Below, in pieces: positions 21,814 to 29,681 of a DNA stretch of 64,000 bases (within the stretch, counting starts at the first letter, position 1; the number at the start of each line of letters is the position of its first letter). The DNA lies in the NCBI GenBank assembly GCA_938005705.1, contig CALLML010000029.1, positions 5,705 to 69,704 of the forward strand, given 5' to 3'. A program made the position numbers and the translations under genes. The notes under the pieces are model-generated. The model was not told the origin of the DNA. It saw only the letters and a program-made list of their open reading frames with translations, and searched no databases. The DNA is from an uncultured bacterium (GTDB taxonomy: Bacteria > Verrucomicrobiota > Kiritimatiellia > PWTM01).

Positions 21814-22292
21814 GGATTCTGCAAACGCTGATCATACTGGCTGCGCTGGCGTTTCTCGGTTATGCCGTCTGGCAAAACATCTCCGGTGGCCAAACCGTAG
21901 GCCCTGCGCACGCCGGCGGCGGCGAGACGACCGCCCCCCCCGGCCCTTCCTCGGGCGGTGGAGTCCCAACGTCCCCCCAGCCGGGCCTTTCGCAACAACC
22001 GGGCGTATGCGCCCGATGTGGCGGGACCGGTTTTGTAACCTGCGCGGCGTGCGAAGGCAAAGGAACGGTTACCCGCGTGGAGTTGGTCAAATGCGATCAA
22101 TGCAACGGCACCGGTCGTTACAAAGCGCGGGTCGGTGCGGGCAATGTTCCGTGCCCTTTCTGCAAAGGGACGGGACACATAGAGAAAACCGTCACAGCGC
22201 AGTGTTCCATCTGTGGCGGCACGGGAAAAGTGCCTTGTCCGGTCTGCAGAGCCCCCAAAAGCGTTGAGCGCCGACGAAGAAGGACCCAATAA
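21810..22292 (+). CDS. Membrane-anchored DnaJ-type zinc-finger (CxxCxGxG repeat) protein
   Basis: N-terminal transmembrane segment ILQTLIILAALAFLGYAVW. Four to five CxxC.G.G repeats (CARCGGTG, CAACEGKG, CDQCNGTG, CPFCKGTG, CSICGGTG). Start overlaps the purB stop codon. Confidence 0.55.
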   Translation: MRILQTLIILAALAFLGYAVWQNISGGQTVGPAHAGGGETTAPPGPSSGGGVPTSPQPGLSQQPGVCARCGGTGFVTCAACEGKGTVTRVELVKCDQCNGTGRYKARVGAGNVPCPFCKGTGHIEKTVTAQCSICGGTGKVPCPVCRAPKSVERRRRRTQ

Positions 22293-22315
22293 TATGAGGG
22301 GAGAGGCATTTCATC

Positions 22316-23770
22316 GTGAACCCGCATAAAATGATTCCTATGTTTCCAGCCGATTTCGCTTGGGGCGCGGCCACCGCCGCTTATCAGATTGAAGGCGCCT
22401 GGGCGGAGGACGGAAAAGGACCGTCCGTCTGGGATTTGATGAGTCACCAGCCAGGTCGCATCTGGAGCGGACACAACGGCGACATCGCCTGCGACCATTA
22501 TCATCGCTGGCGCGAGGATGTCGCGCTAATGAAGGAACTCGGTTTGAAGGTGTATCGCTTCTCGGTGTCCTGGCCGCGCGTGCTGCCCGAGGGCGTCGGC
22601 CGGAAAAACGAGGCGGGGCTGGCGTTTTACAGTCGTCTGGTGGACGCCTTGCTGGAGGCCGGCATCGAGCCTTGGGTTACCCTGTTTCACTGGGATTTTC
22701 CGCTGGCGCTGTATCGCCGCGGCGGATGGCTCAACCGCGAAAGCGCGGAATGGTTTGCCGAATACACGGGCGTCGTCGCGGATGCGCTTTCCGACCGGGT
22801 GACGCATTGGATGACGCTGAATGAACCCCAGGTTTTTCTCGGCCACGGCCACCAGCTCGGCGTGCATGCACCGGGGCTTCGCCTGGGTTTCGACGATCTT
22901 CTGCTGGCGACTCACCACGTATTGCTGGCGCACGGGCGGGCCGTACGGTCGCTACGCGAGCGCGCGCGCAAGAGACCGTTCATCGGGTGGGCGCCGGCAG
23001 GAAACATCGCGACGCCGGCCGATCCCGACAACCCGCGCGATTGGGAGGCCGCGCGCATGGCCATGTTCGATTGGTTTGCCGATCCGCCGACCCGCACGCC
23101 CTCGGAATCGCACAGTCTCTGGAACAACAGCTACTTCAACGATCCGGTGATCTTTGGTCATTATCCGGATGCGGCATTGAAAAAATGGCACGCCTGGCTG
23201 CCGGAGGTGCAATCCGGCGATATGGAGACCATCCACGCGCCGATCGATTTCTTCGGCGTCAATATCTACAGCAGCAGCACCCAGCGTCTGGACGAGAACG
23301 GTCGTCCCGCCGCGGTTCCCGCGCCGCAGGGCTATCCCCAAACTTTCTTCCACTGGGCGGTGACGCCAGAGAGTCTTTATTACGGCCCGCGTTTTCTGGC
23401 GGAACGTTACCGGCTTCCGATCTACATCACCGAAAACGGCCTCTCCTCCATGGACTGGATCGCGCGGGATGGCGGCGTGCACGACCCGGGGCGGATGGAT
23501 TTCATGGCACGCTATCTGTCCGAACTCGCGCGCGCCGTGGCCGATGGCGTGGACGTGCGCGGATATTTTCACTGGTCGCTACTCGACAACTTCGAGTGGG
23601 CCGAAGGCTTTAAACAGCGATTCGGACTCGTGTTTGTGGATTATATCACGCAGAAACGCGTGCCGAAAGATTCGTTCCACTGGTATGCGGAAGTCATCCG
23701 CACCCGCGGCGCTACGCTTTCGATCGGCCATGGCGCGGGAGCCTTGGCCGCGCCGCCCGGCCCCCTATGA
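22316..23770 (+). CDS. bglA: GH1 beta-glucosidase
   Basis: FAWGAATAAYQIEGA N-terminal signature. LNEP acid/base region. ITENG nucleophile motif. Confidence 0.85.
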   Translation: MNPHKMIPMFPADFAWGAATAAYQIEGAWAEDGKGPSVWDLMSHQPGRIWSGHNGDIACDHYHRWREDVALMKELGLKVYRFSVSWPRVLPEGVGRKNEAGLAFYSRLVDALLEAGIEPWVTLFHWDFPLALYRRGGWLNRESAEWFAEYTGVVADALSDRVTHWMTLNEPQVFLGHGHQLGVHAPGLRLGFDDLLLATHHVLLAHGRAVRSLRERARKRPFIGWAPAGNIATPADPDNPRDWEAARMAMFDWFADPPTRTPSESHSLWNNSYFNDPVIFGHYPDAALKKWHAWLPEVQSGDMETIHAPIDFFGVNIYSSSTQRLDENGRPAAVPAPQGYPQTFFHWAVTPESLYYGPRFLAERYRLPIYITENGLSSMDWIARDGGVHDPGRMDFMARYLSELARAVADGVDVRGYFHWSLLDNFEWAEGFKQRFGLVFVDYITQKRVPKDSFHWYAEVIRTRGATLSIGHGAGALAAPPGPL

Positions 23771-23777
23771 CCGTCCG

Positions 23778-24419
23778 ATGAACCGGCGGCTCTGGATTTG
23801 GCGCCATTTTCGCTTCTGGCTGCCCGAAGACTGGGAGATGCTGCAATTCACGCGCCATTCAGCCGTGGGCCGCTGCGCTTTCGCCGACCGCTACGCCTTT
23901 CGACTCGAGATCAATTGGCGCGCGGTCGCCGGCCCACCCGATTTTGAATTGATGCTGCGGAACTATGTCGCTCGATTGCGCGAAGAAGGCCACGAGCGAC
24001 TCCGGCCGATCCGCCGCGCGGGATGGCGGGGCGTGGCCAGCCAAAAAAACGACCTGGCATGTTCCCGATTCGGCGCGTATTTCGATGCGGAATCTTGCCT
24101 GGTTGAAATGGTTTTTCTCTGGCCCGGCATACCGACCGCGCCGGAACTAGAAAAGGAAATTCTGGAATCGGTTGCTGAATCGCCGCCGGACGCCGCCGCT
24201 GGCTGGCCTTTGGCTTGGACCTGCGCGTCCACGATGATCTTCGACCAACGCGATGCCAGGTGGATCCCGGCGCGGTGGACTGGCATTTCGCGGACGCGCG
24301 AGGCCGGCGGTGGACGCGTTTCCGGCGCATCGGGTTGCGACCGCTCTGGATGCGACAAACGGTGGACGAATGGATGCGCGCTGGTGCACCGCCTTTACGC
24401 GCCGCCCGGGCGGAGATGA
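23778..24419 (+). CDS. Hypothetical Trp/Arg-rich protein (function unknown)
   Basis: ATG at 23778, 8 nt after the bglA stop. No recognisable motif. Its 3' portion overlaps an alternative-frame ORF (24215..24643), so the exact extent is uncertain. Confidence 0.3.
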   Translation: MNRRLWIWRHFRFWLPEDWEMLQFTRHSAVGRCAFADRYAFRLEINWRAVAGPPDFELMLRNYVARLREEGHERLRPIRRAGWRGVASQKNDLACSRFGAYFDAESCLVEMVFLWPGIPTAPELEKEILESVAESPPDAAAGWPLAWTCASTMIFDQRDARWIPARWTGISRTREAGGGRVSGASGCDRSGCDKRWTNGCALVHRLYAPPGRR

Positions 24420-24643
24420 TCGAACGCGACGGACATGTGATTCGACGCTGGGGCGGACGTCTCAGCAGCGGATGGCTTCAGCGGCTCATACGCGGCCCGT
24501 ACGACTATCAGGCGGAAGCGTGGATTTGCCCCGCTGACGATCGACTCTATGTGAGAGAAATTCGCGGGCCGGCATCTTTTGTACAGGACGAATCGCGCGG
24601 CGGCGGGCTGCGTTGCGCCGTTTGCGAAGGGGCTTGCTCGTGA
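24215..24643 (+). CDS. Hypothetical protein (alternative frame, possibly the C-terminal part of a frameshifted gene together with 23778..24419)
   Basis: Ends ...RCAVCEGACS. Overlaps the preceding ORF in a different frame. Could be a genuine separate gene, or the result of a frameshift or sequencing error. Confidence 0.25.
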   Translation: MDLRVHDDLRPTRCQVDPGAVDWHFADARGRRWTRFRRIGLRPLWMRQTVDEWMRAGAPPLRAARAEMIERDGHVIRRWGGRLSSGWLQRLIRGPYDYQAEAWICPADDRLYVREIRGPASFVQDESRGGGLRCAVCEGACS

Positions 24644-24690
24644 GTTCCGCTCGTCGCCCCTTTTCGCCGCCGCGCGCAGATTGGCGCTTG

Positions 24691-25062
24691 ATGCTTGCGG
24701 CGCGACCCGTCCGGAACCTGGCCGCGGAAACGGAACCGGCGAACGACAATGGATTGTGGATCATCATTCGCAAGGCGCCGGCCCCGTGGCGAAAGGCCCC
24801 CTGGAAATGGATCATGCCCGGTCGAGATCATCGGCGAATCGCACTGGATCGTCTCGGACACGAAATGTGGAATCTTTGCGACGGCCAGCGCTCGGTGGAG
24901 GACATCATCGACGAGATGAGCCGGCGCCATCGGCTGTCCTTTCACGAGGCGCGTGTGGCTGTGACCGGGCTTCTTCGGGAATTGATTCGGCGCGGCGCGC
25001 TCGCCATTGCGCTGCCGCCTGACTCCACACCGCCGACGGCTCAAGTCGCCAAGAACCAGTAG
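24691..25062 (+). CDS. PqqD-family protein (RiPP recognition element like peptide chaperone)
   Basis: LGHEMWNLCDGQRSVEDIIDEMSRRHRLSFHEARVAVTGLLRELIRRGAL fits the PqqD pattern (LNETAAxIxELxDGxRxVxxIxxxLxxxF....VxxFLxxLxxxGxI). ATG at 24691. The track ORF begins at 24613. Confidence 0.55.
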   Translation: MLAARPVRNLAAETEPANDNGLWIIIRKAPAPWRKAPWKWIMPGRDHRRIALDRLGHEMWNLCDGQRSVEDIIDEMSRRHRLSFHEARVAVTGLLRELIRRGALAIALPPDSTPPTAQVAKNQ

Positions 25063-25409
25063 AGCATCCAGAGCAGAAAACCGGCGGTAAGCAGAATCAC
25101 GAAAATTTTGTTGCGCCGAATGCGCCGCTCCTCTCTCACGGAAAGCCCCGGCGGAAAACTCGCGCTCGCAAAATACCGGAGGAAACGACGGCGGTCACTG
25201 GGCGGACCAACGGAAGGCCGGCGCTGCGGGGATGGCGTCCCTCCCGCGGCAGGGCGTTTCAGCATGGGCGCCGGCGTCGGTGCCGGCAAAATGGCCGGGG
25301 AGCGATCCCCGGAACGCGACAGCATCTTCAGCGACCGCCTCACTTCACGCAGGCGGCGCTCTACGTCGTCCAGTCGCTCGTCAATCGGATGGGAATGGCG
25401 GCGCGTCAT
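25041..25409 (-). CDS. Small tail-anchored membrane protein (hypothetical)
   Basis: C-terminal transmembrane segment IFVILLTAGFLLWMLYWFLAT. Arg- and Pro-rich N terminus. Confidence 0.4.
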   Translation of the reverse strand: MTRRHSHPIDERLDDVERRLREVRRSLKMLSRSGDRSPAILPAPTPAPMLKRPAAGGTPSPQRRPSVGPPSDRRRFLRYFASASFPPGLSVREERRIRRNKIFVILLTAGFLLWMLYWFLAT

Positions 25410-25430
25410 GGCGAGCGCGAAGGCTCCGCG

Positions 25431-26174
25431 TCAGAACAGCCGTCCGGACCCATAGAGCGCCAGAAACACGGCCAGCGCCAAAAGGGCGAGAATCAGCGGC
25501 AAGCTCACCGCCAGACCGATCCCCATCCATTGCAGAAAACTCTTTTCCTGCTCTCCACGCGACGCGCCTTCGTCGAACACGACCACCGGCGCGGCCGGAT
25601 TTTTCGATTGATCGCCGAGCAGTGCCTCGATACGGGCCATCGCGCGATTGTATTCCATGCGGCTGTCCTCCAACAGCGCCAAGGCCTTCGTCAATTCTTC
25701 GCGCACACCGTCCTCCGGCCACTCGTCTTCCCGAATGGCCCGGATCTGCCCTTCGATCTCCTTGAACCGGCGGCGGGCATTCTGCAGAAGATCGGCGAGC
25801 TGGGCGGTACGCAACTCGTGGCGCTCGAGCGCGACCAGACTCTGTTGAAGGCGTTCGAGTATTTCTTGTTTGCCGCGCTCATATTCGGATTGTTTTCGCC
25901 GCAGCTCCTCCAGATCCCGCTTTTCGCGCTCCAGGTTTTCCTGCATCTGGCGCAGGCGTTCGATTTCCTGCGCCCGTCGGGCGGCCTCTTCCTCAACCTG
26001 CTTTTTGTGCCGAACAATCATCGGCAATTCAATATCACCGGCGCCGCGGCTGCCCCCTTCCGCCTCCGGGTCATACGCGGCAGGCGGTGGTTCGCCGCCG
26101 GGACCGAGTCGAATCTGAGTGTTTTCCGCGCGCGGTTTGATCAAGTCTTCGTCGAAAAAATCACGGTTAGGCAT
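25431..26174 (-). CDS. Coiled-coil tail-anchored membrane protein (hypothetical)
   Basis: Long Glu/Arg/Leu heptad-like region. C-terminal transmembrane segment GIGLAVSLPLILALLALAVFLALY. Confidence 0.45.
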   Translation of the reverse strand: MPNRDFFDEDLIKPRAENTQIRLGPGGEPPPAAYDPEAEGGSRGAGDIELPMIVRHKKQVEEEAARRAQEIERLRQMQENLEREKRDLEELRRKQSEYERGKQEILERLQQSLVALERHELRTAQLADLLQNARRRFKEIEGQIRAIREDEWPEDGVREELTKALALLEDSRMEYNRAMARIEALLGDQSKNPAAPVVVFDEGASRGEQEKSFLQWMGIGLAVSLPLILALLALAVFLALYGSGRLF

Positions 26175-26192
26175 ATCGTGTTCCTCCGATGC

Positions 26193-26912
26193 TCAAGGGC
26201 GCGGCAGCGTCAAGGTGGTTCCCACTTTCAACTTGTTCGGATCCGATATGACGGTTCGGTTGGCTTCGTGGATGCGCCGCCCCGCCGAGGCGTCGCCGTA
26301 AAACTTCTCGGCGATGCTCCACAGGGTGTCGCCTGGACGCACGACGTAGGTCGTCAGATCGCGCGGCGGCGGGATGGGGGCTGGATGCGGCAATGTGGGA
26401 GGCCCGGCATCCGCCGGTGGAACCGGCGAGGGCGAGAAGTCCGTGCCGGCCGAGGCGGCCGCGCGGTGGGCCGACAGTTCAGCACGAAGCAACTCATTTT
26501 CACGCCGCAACGCCGCAATCATCTCGACAGCCCCCGGTGGTGTCTGAGCCATCGTCGCAGCAAATGAAAGCCGCGCGCGCCGCGCGAGGTCCTCGACGAT
26601 CTCCCGCTTCTCGGTCGTCGGCCGCGCCTCCAGATAGCGCTCATAATGATACACCGCGCGGATATAATCCTCTCGCTCCTGGTCATACAGCAAGCCCAAT
26701 TCCAGGTGGGCCCGCGCCAACCGCGGATTTTTTTCCAGCGCGGCATGAAACCCGGCGATGGCGCCGGAAATATCGCCGGCGCGTTTCAACGCCAGCGCGC
26801 GCCGCATCAGCGGATGATTTTCCTCGCGCGCGTCGCGGGAACCGCCCATGCATCCCATCAGGCCGACGCTCAGCGCCAGCACCGCTACAAATGACATCTC
26901 ACGCATGTCCAT
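26193..26912 (-). CDS. Lipoprotein with TPR-like repeats and C-terminal LysM domain
   Basis: Lipobox LMGC after a signal peptide. TPR-like AHLELGLLYDQEREDYIRAVYHYERYL. LysM YVVRPGDTLWSIAEKFYGD...LKVGTTLTLP. Confidence 0.6.
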   Translation of the reverse strand: MDMREMSFVAVLALSVGLMGCMGGSRDAREENHPLMRRALALKRAGDISGAIAGFHAALEKNPRLARAHLELGLLYDQEREDYIRAVYHYERYLEARPTTEKREIVEDLARRARLSFAATMAQTPPGAVEMIAALRRENELLRAELSAHRAAASAGTDFSPSPVPPADAGPPTLPHPAPIPPPRDLTTYVVRPGDTLWSIAEKFYGDASAGRRIHEANRTVISDPNKLKVGTTLTLPRP

Positions 26913-26954
26913 CCCCTAGCATTACTCCGCCACCACGTCAATGGCCCTCATGAA

Positions 26955-27545
26955 CATGAAGAGGAGAGCCGATGGCGCGGCGGGGAATGAGCGGCGGATA
27001 AAGGCGTGGGCAAAGGGATGCGAACATCATGTACCCCCGACGCCCCAGCACCATTTGTCGGTTTTTCGCATGGTTCCAAAAAAAACACGGGGGGTTCGTC
27101 CTTGGGGTTTCAAGCGGGTATAGGTTGCGGTGTACAAGCCCCGCATGAACTTCGAATCTCCTTCCTCGCTCTTCGGTCTGGGGCATGATGAACGCCGGGG
27201 CGGAGGGCAGGGCCAGGCCGTGGGGGCCGTCGGCCGGACAAGCAGCCAGTCAGGGTCGGGTGTCGAGGGAATTCGATAAGTCCGGTGGGATGGAGCCGGT
27301 TGCCCGGTGGAATATCCGGGAGGCGCTGTAATGGCATGACCGCCTTTTTCCCTGGCGCATCGCCGGCACAAAACCGGGCGATCTACCCGGGGCACAGATC
27401 GGCTGGTTCGGCTCCTTCGGCGAATGGAATCAACAGCGAAAATACACCGGGTCCTGGGAGGCAAGCCGTTTCCCTCTCGTCTGCCAAAGCCCGCTTTTCA
27501 AGCCAGCTCCTGTAGCGCAACCGGCTCAGGAGAGGAAAGGGCCTC
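26955..27545 (+). repeat. Non-coding structured repeat, copy A of a three-copy family
   Basis: Collinear with 56118..56640 (blocks ggcggataaaggcgt..., gggtatAGGttgcggt, cgctcttcggtctgggg, ggctggttcggcTccTtcggcgaatgga, gcaaccggct) and partly with 31285..31650. No credible ORF. Confidence 0.5.
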
Positions 27546-27754
27546 GGTGATCGCCAACGGGACGTGGCGGGATGGCGTTAAACAGGTAGAGTCGGACCGG
27601 CGCGCAGGACAAAAGAGACGGAGACGGAGCAAAAAGAATGAACGACCGGTCCTGGTTCCGGCCCTGCCGCTGGAGTGGATTCCATCGCTGTGCAGCCCGA
27701 ACGGTTCGGCACGCCGCATCGCGCGAGGCGACGAAAATCCGCTTCCAAGACGGT

Positions 27755-27772
27755 TTTCCAAGCCTTGGAAAA
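27755..27772. promoter_or_regulatory. 18-bp near-palindrome TTTCCAAGCCTTGGAAAA (putative operator), copy 1
   Basis: Identical 18-mer recurs at 35460..35477. Both are about 70-130 bp upstream of plus-strand gene starts (27904 and 35544). Confidence 0.3.
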
Positions 27773-27903
27773 TGGCACACCCCCGGGGCAGTCACAGTGG
27801 AGGAATGAGAGCGCGACATGAGAGCAAACCGGAAGGGACCGGGAACGATGATACGGTCGGAAAAACTTGCGCGCGGCCGATTCGTTCGGCACGATGCGGC
27901 CTC

Positions 27904-28641
27904 ATGTTCCCTTGGTCGGATTCCCGTTTGTGGCTGGCGGGCGGCGCTGCAGCCGTGCTCTCCGGCATGGCCAAAAGCGGTGTACCCGGTCTGGGCATTC
28001 TGGCCATTCCGCTGATGGCGATGGTGCTTCCGGCAAAGGCGTCGGTCGGCGCGCTGTTGCCGATTCTCATCATCGCCGACGTATTTGCCATCGCCCTCCA
28101 CCGCCGTCATGCGCAGTGGCATCAGATTTTTCGGTTGCTTCCCTGGGTCGCCGTGGGGATGGTGGCGGCCTATTTCGCGCTCGGCAGCATGGAGGACCGC
28201 ACGGTTCGGCCCGCACTTGGTACGTTGGTGATGGTCATGCTCATACTGGAGGCCGTTCGCCGAAAACTGGCGTGGGACCGGCTACCGCATCATCCGGTTT
28301 TTTCCGCCGTAACGGGCGTCGCGGGCGGCTTTGCCACCACGCTCGGCAACGCCGCCGGCCCCATCATGAACATCTATCTGCTGGCGCGCGGGCTGTCGAA
28401 GGAGGCGTTCATGGGAACGGCGGCCTGGTATTTTTTCATTGTCAACCTGGTGAAAGTTCCGATTTTTGCTTTTCGCGGGATGATCACCCACGACAGTCTC
28501 GTGCTGAACGCGGCGGTGTCGCCGCTGGTGGCTCTGGGCGCCTGGCTCGGGTATGCGTTCGTTTCTCGCATCTCTCCGCGCGTTTTTCTTGCCGTTGTTT
28601 TTGTTTTGACGGCAGTCGCCGCGTTACATCTATTCCGTTAG
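27904..28641 (+). CDS. TauE/SafE (DUF81) family sulfite/anion exporter-like membrane protein
   Basis: Multiple transmembrane helices with the family's Gly-rich motifs (GVPGLGILAIPLMAMVL, GVAGGFATTLGNAAGPIMNIYLL). ATG at 27904. The track's 5' extension back to 27424 overlaps the non-coding repeat. Confidence 0.7.
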   Translation: MFPWSDSRLWLAGGAAAVLSGMAKSGVPGLGILAIPLMAMVLPAKASVGALLPILIIADVFAIALHRRHAQWHQIFRLLPWVAVGMVAAYFALGSMEDRTVRPALGTLVMVMLILEAVRRKLAWDRLPHHPVFSAVTGVAGGFATTLGNAAGPIMNIYLLARGLSKEAFMGTAAWYFFIVNLVKVPIFAFRGMITHDSLVLNAAVSPLVALGAWLGYAFVSRISPRVFLAVVFVLTAVAALHLFR

Positions 28642-28643
28642 CC

Positions 28644-29663
28644 ATGTCCGCGCCCTTCGATATTCGCAGCGCGCTGGCTTCGTCGCCTTTCGTGCTTGCC
28701 CCCATGGCGGGTTATACGCACCTGCCGTTTCGTCGAATCTGTCGCCGACTGGGCGCCGGCTTGACGTACACGGAGCTGACCAGCGTGGACGGTCTGGTGC
28801 GTCGTACGGCCGCTACCTGGCACATGCTAGCAACCGATCCGGCGGAACGGCCCGTGGCCGCCCATCTCTATGGGCATGATCCAGAGGCCTTCGCGCGCGC
28901 GGCGGCGATGATCGAAGCGCAGGGGCATTTTGATCTGATCGACATCAATGCCGGCTGCCCCGTGCCGAAGGTCGTCGCCCGCGGCGCGGGCGCAGGTTTT
29001 CTGAAAGACCCGCCGCGGCTCTTCGCGGTGATTCGCGCGATACGCGCGGCCGTTTCGTTGCCGGTGACCGTGAAAACGCGCATCGGGTGGTCGGCCCGCG
29101 ATCCCGACTTGCTGGACCTCGCGCGCGGCATCGAGGACGCCGGCGCGGCGGCGCTGACCTTGCACGCCCGGCCGGCCAAGCTGCGCCACACCGGTGAGGC
29201 CGATTGGGACGCCATTGCATCGGTCAAACAGTCCTTGCGCATTCCGGTTATCGGCAACGGCGGCGTGCGAACGGCGGAAGAGGCCGCCGCGCGCCTGAAA
29301 GAGGGCCGCGCGGACGCGGTGATGATCGGACGCGGGGCGCTCGGCAACCCATGGATTTTCGCGGACGCCGTCGCGCAGCGACGTGGGGAAACGCCCCGCG
29401 ATCCGACCTTCGCCGAGCGGCGGGCGGTCGCGCTGGAGCATCTCGAGGGTCTGGTGCATCTGGCGCAGGCAGAGACCGCCTGGCGGCGGCGATCGCGTTT
29501 CGATCCGGAGACGGCCGGTGCGCGACGTTTTCGCGGGCATCTGTGCCAGTACTTCCGAGGTTTTCCGGGCATCACCGAGATGAAACGCCGACTCAACGAC
29601 GTCCGCAGCGTCGCGGACGTCGAGGCGCTGATCGCCCGGCTGCAGCCCACCGGCGAAGCCTAA
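28644..29663 (+). CDS. tRNA-dihydrouridine synthase (Dus family)
   Basis: FVLAPMAGYTHLPFRR..., DINAGCPVPKV, GNGGV motifs. ATG at 28644, 3 nt after the TauE stop. Confidence 0.8.
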   Translation: MSAPFDIRSALASSPFVLAPMAGYTHLPFRRICRRLGAGLTYTELTSVDGLVRRTAATWHMLATDPAERPVAAHLYGHDPEAFARAAAMIEAQGHFDLIDINAGCPVPKVVARGAGAGFLKDPPRLFAVIRAIRAAVSLPVTVKTRIGWSARDPDLLDLARGIEDAGAAALTLHARPAKLRHTGEADWDAIASVKQSLRIPVIGNGGVRTAEEAAARLKEGRADAVMIGRGALGNPWIFADAVAQRRGETPRDPTFAERRAVALEHLEGLVHLAQAETAWRRRSRFDPETAGARRFRGHLCQYFRGFPGITEMKRRLNDVRSVADVEALIARLQPTGEA

Positions 29664-29681
29664 GATCACGACAGAAAACGA

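Noticed and set aside
24147-25044. Minus-strand ORFs (80-165 aa) opposite the PqqD-region genes
   Set aside because: Arg-rich antisense frames without motifs. The plus-strand PqqD pattern is specific, so the plus strand is taken as coding.
27200-27330. Possible RNase P RNA-like motif (gaattcgataagtccggtggg) inside repeat copy A
   Set aside because: Only a loose resemblance to the RNase P GAAAGUCCGG core. The other conserved RNase P elements are absent, and the region is triplicated, which is unlike a single-copy rnpB.
27424-27903. Track ORF's 160-codon N-terminal extension of the TauE-like gene
   Set aside because: The extension runs through the conserved non-coding repeat (copy A) and is highly basic and low-complexity. 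The transporter domain begins at the ATG at 27904.
27867-29663. 598-aa plus-strand ORF spanning the TauE and Dus genes in another frame
   Set aside because: The N-terminal 260 codons are an out-of-frame read-through of the TauE gene (Arg/Gly-rich). The Dus domain starts at the ATG at 28644.
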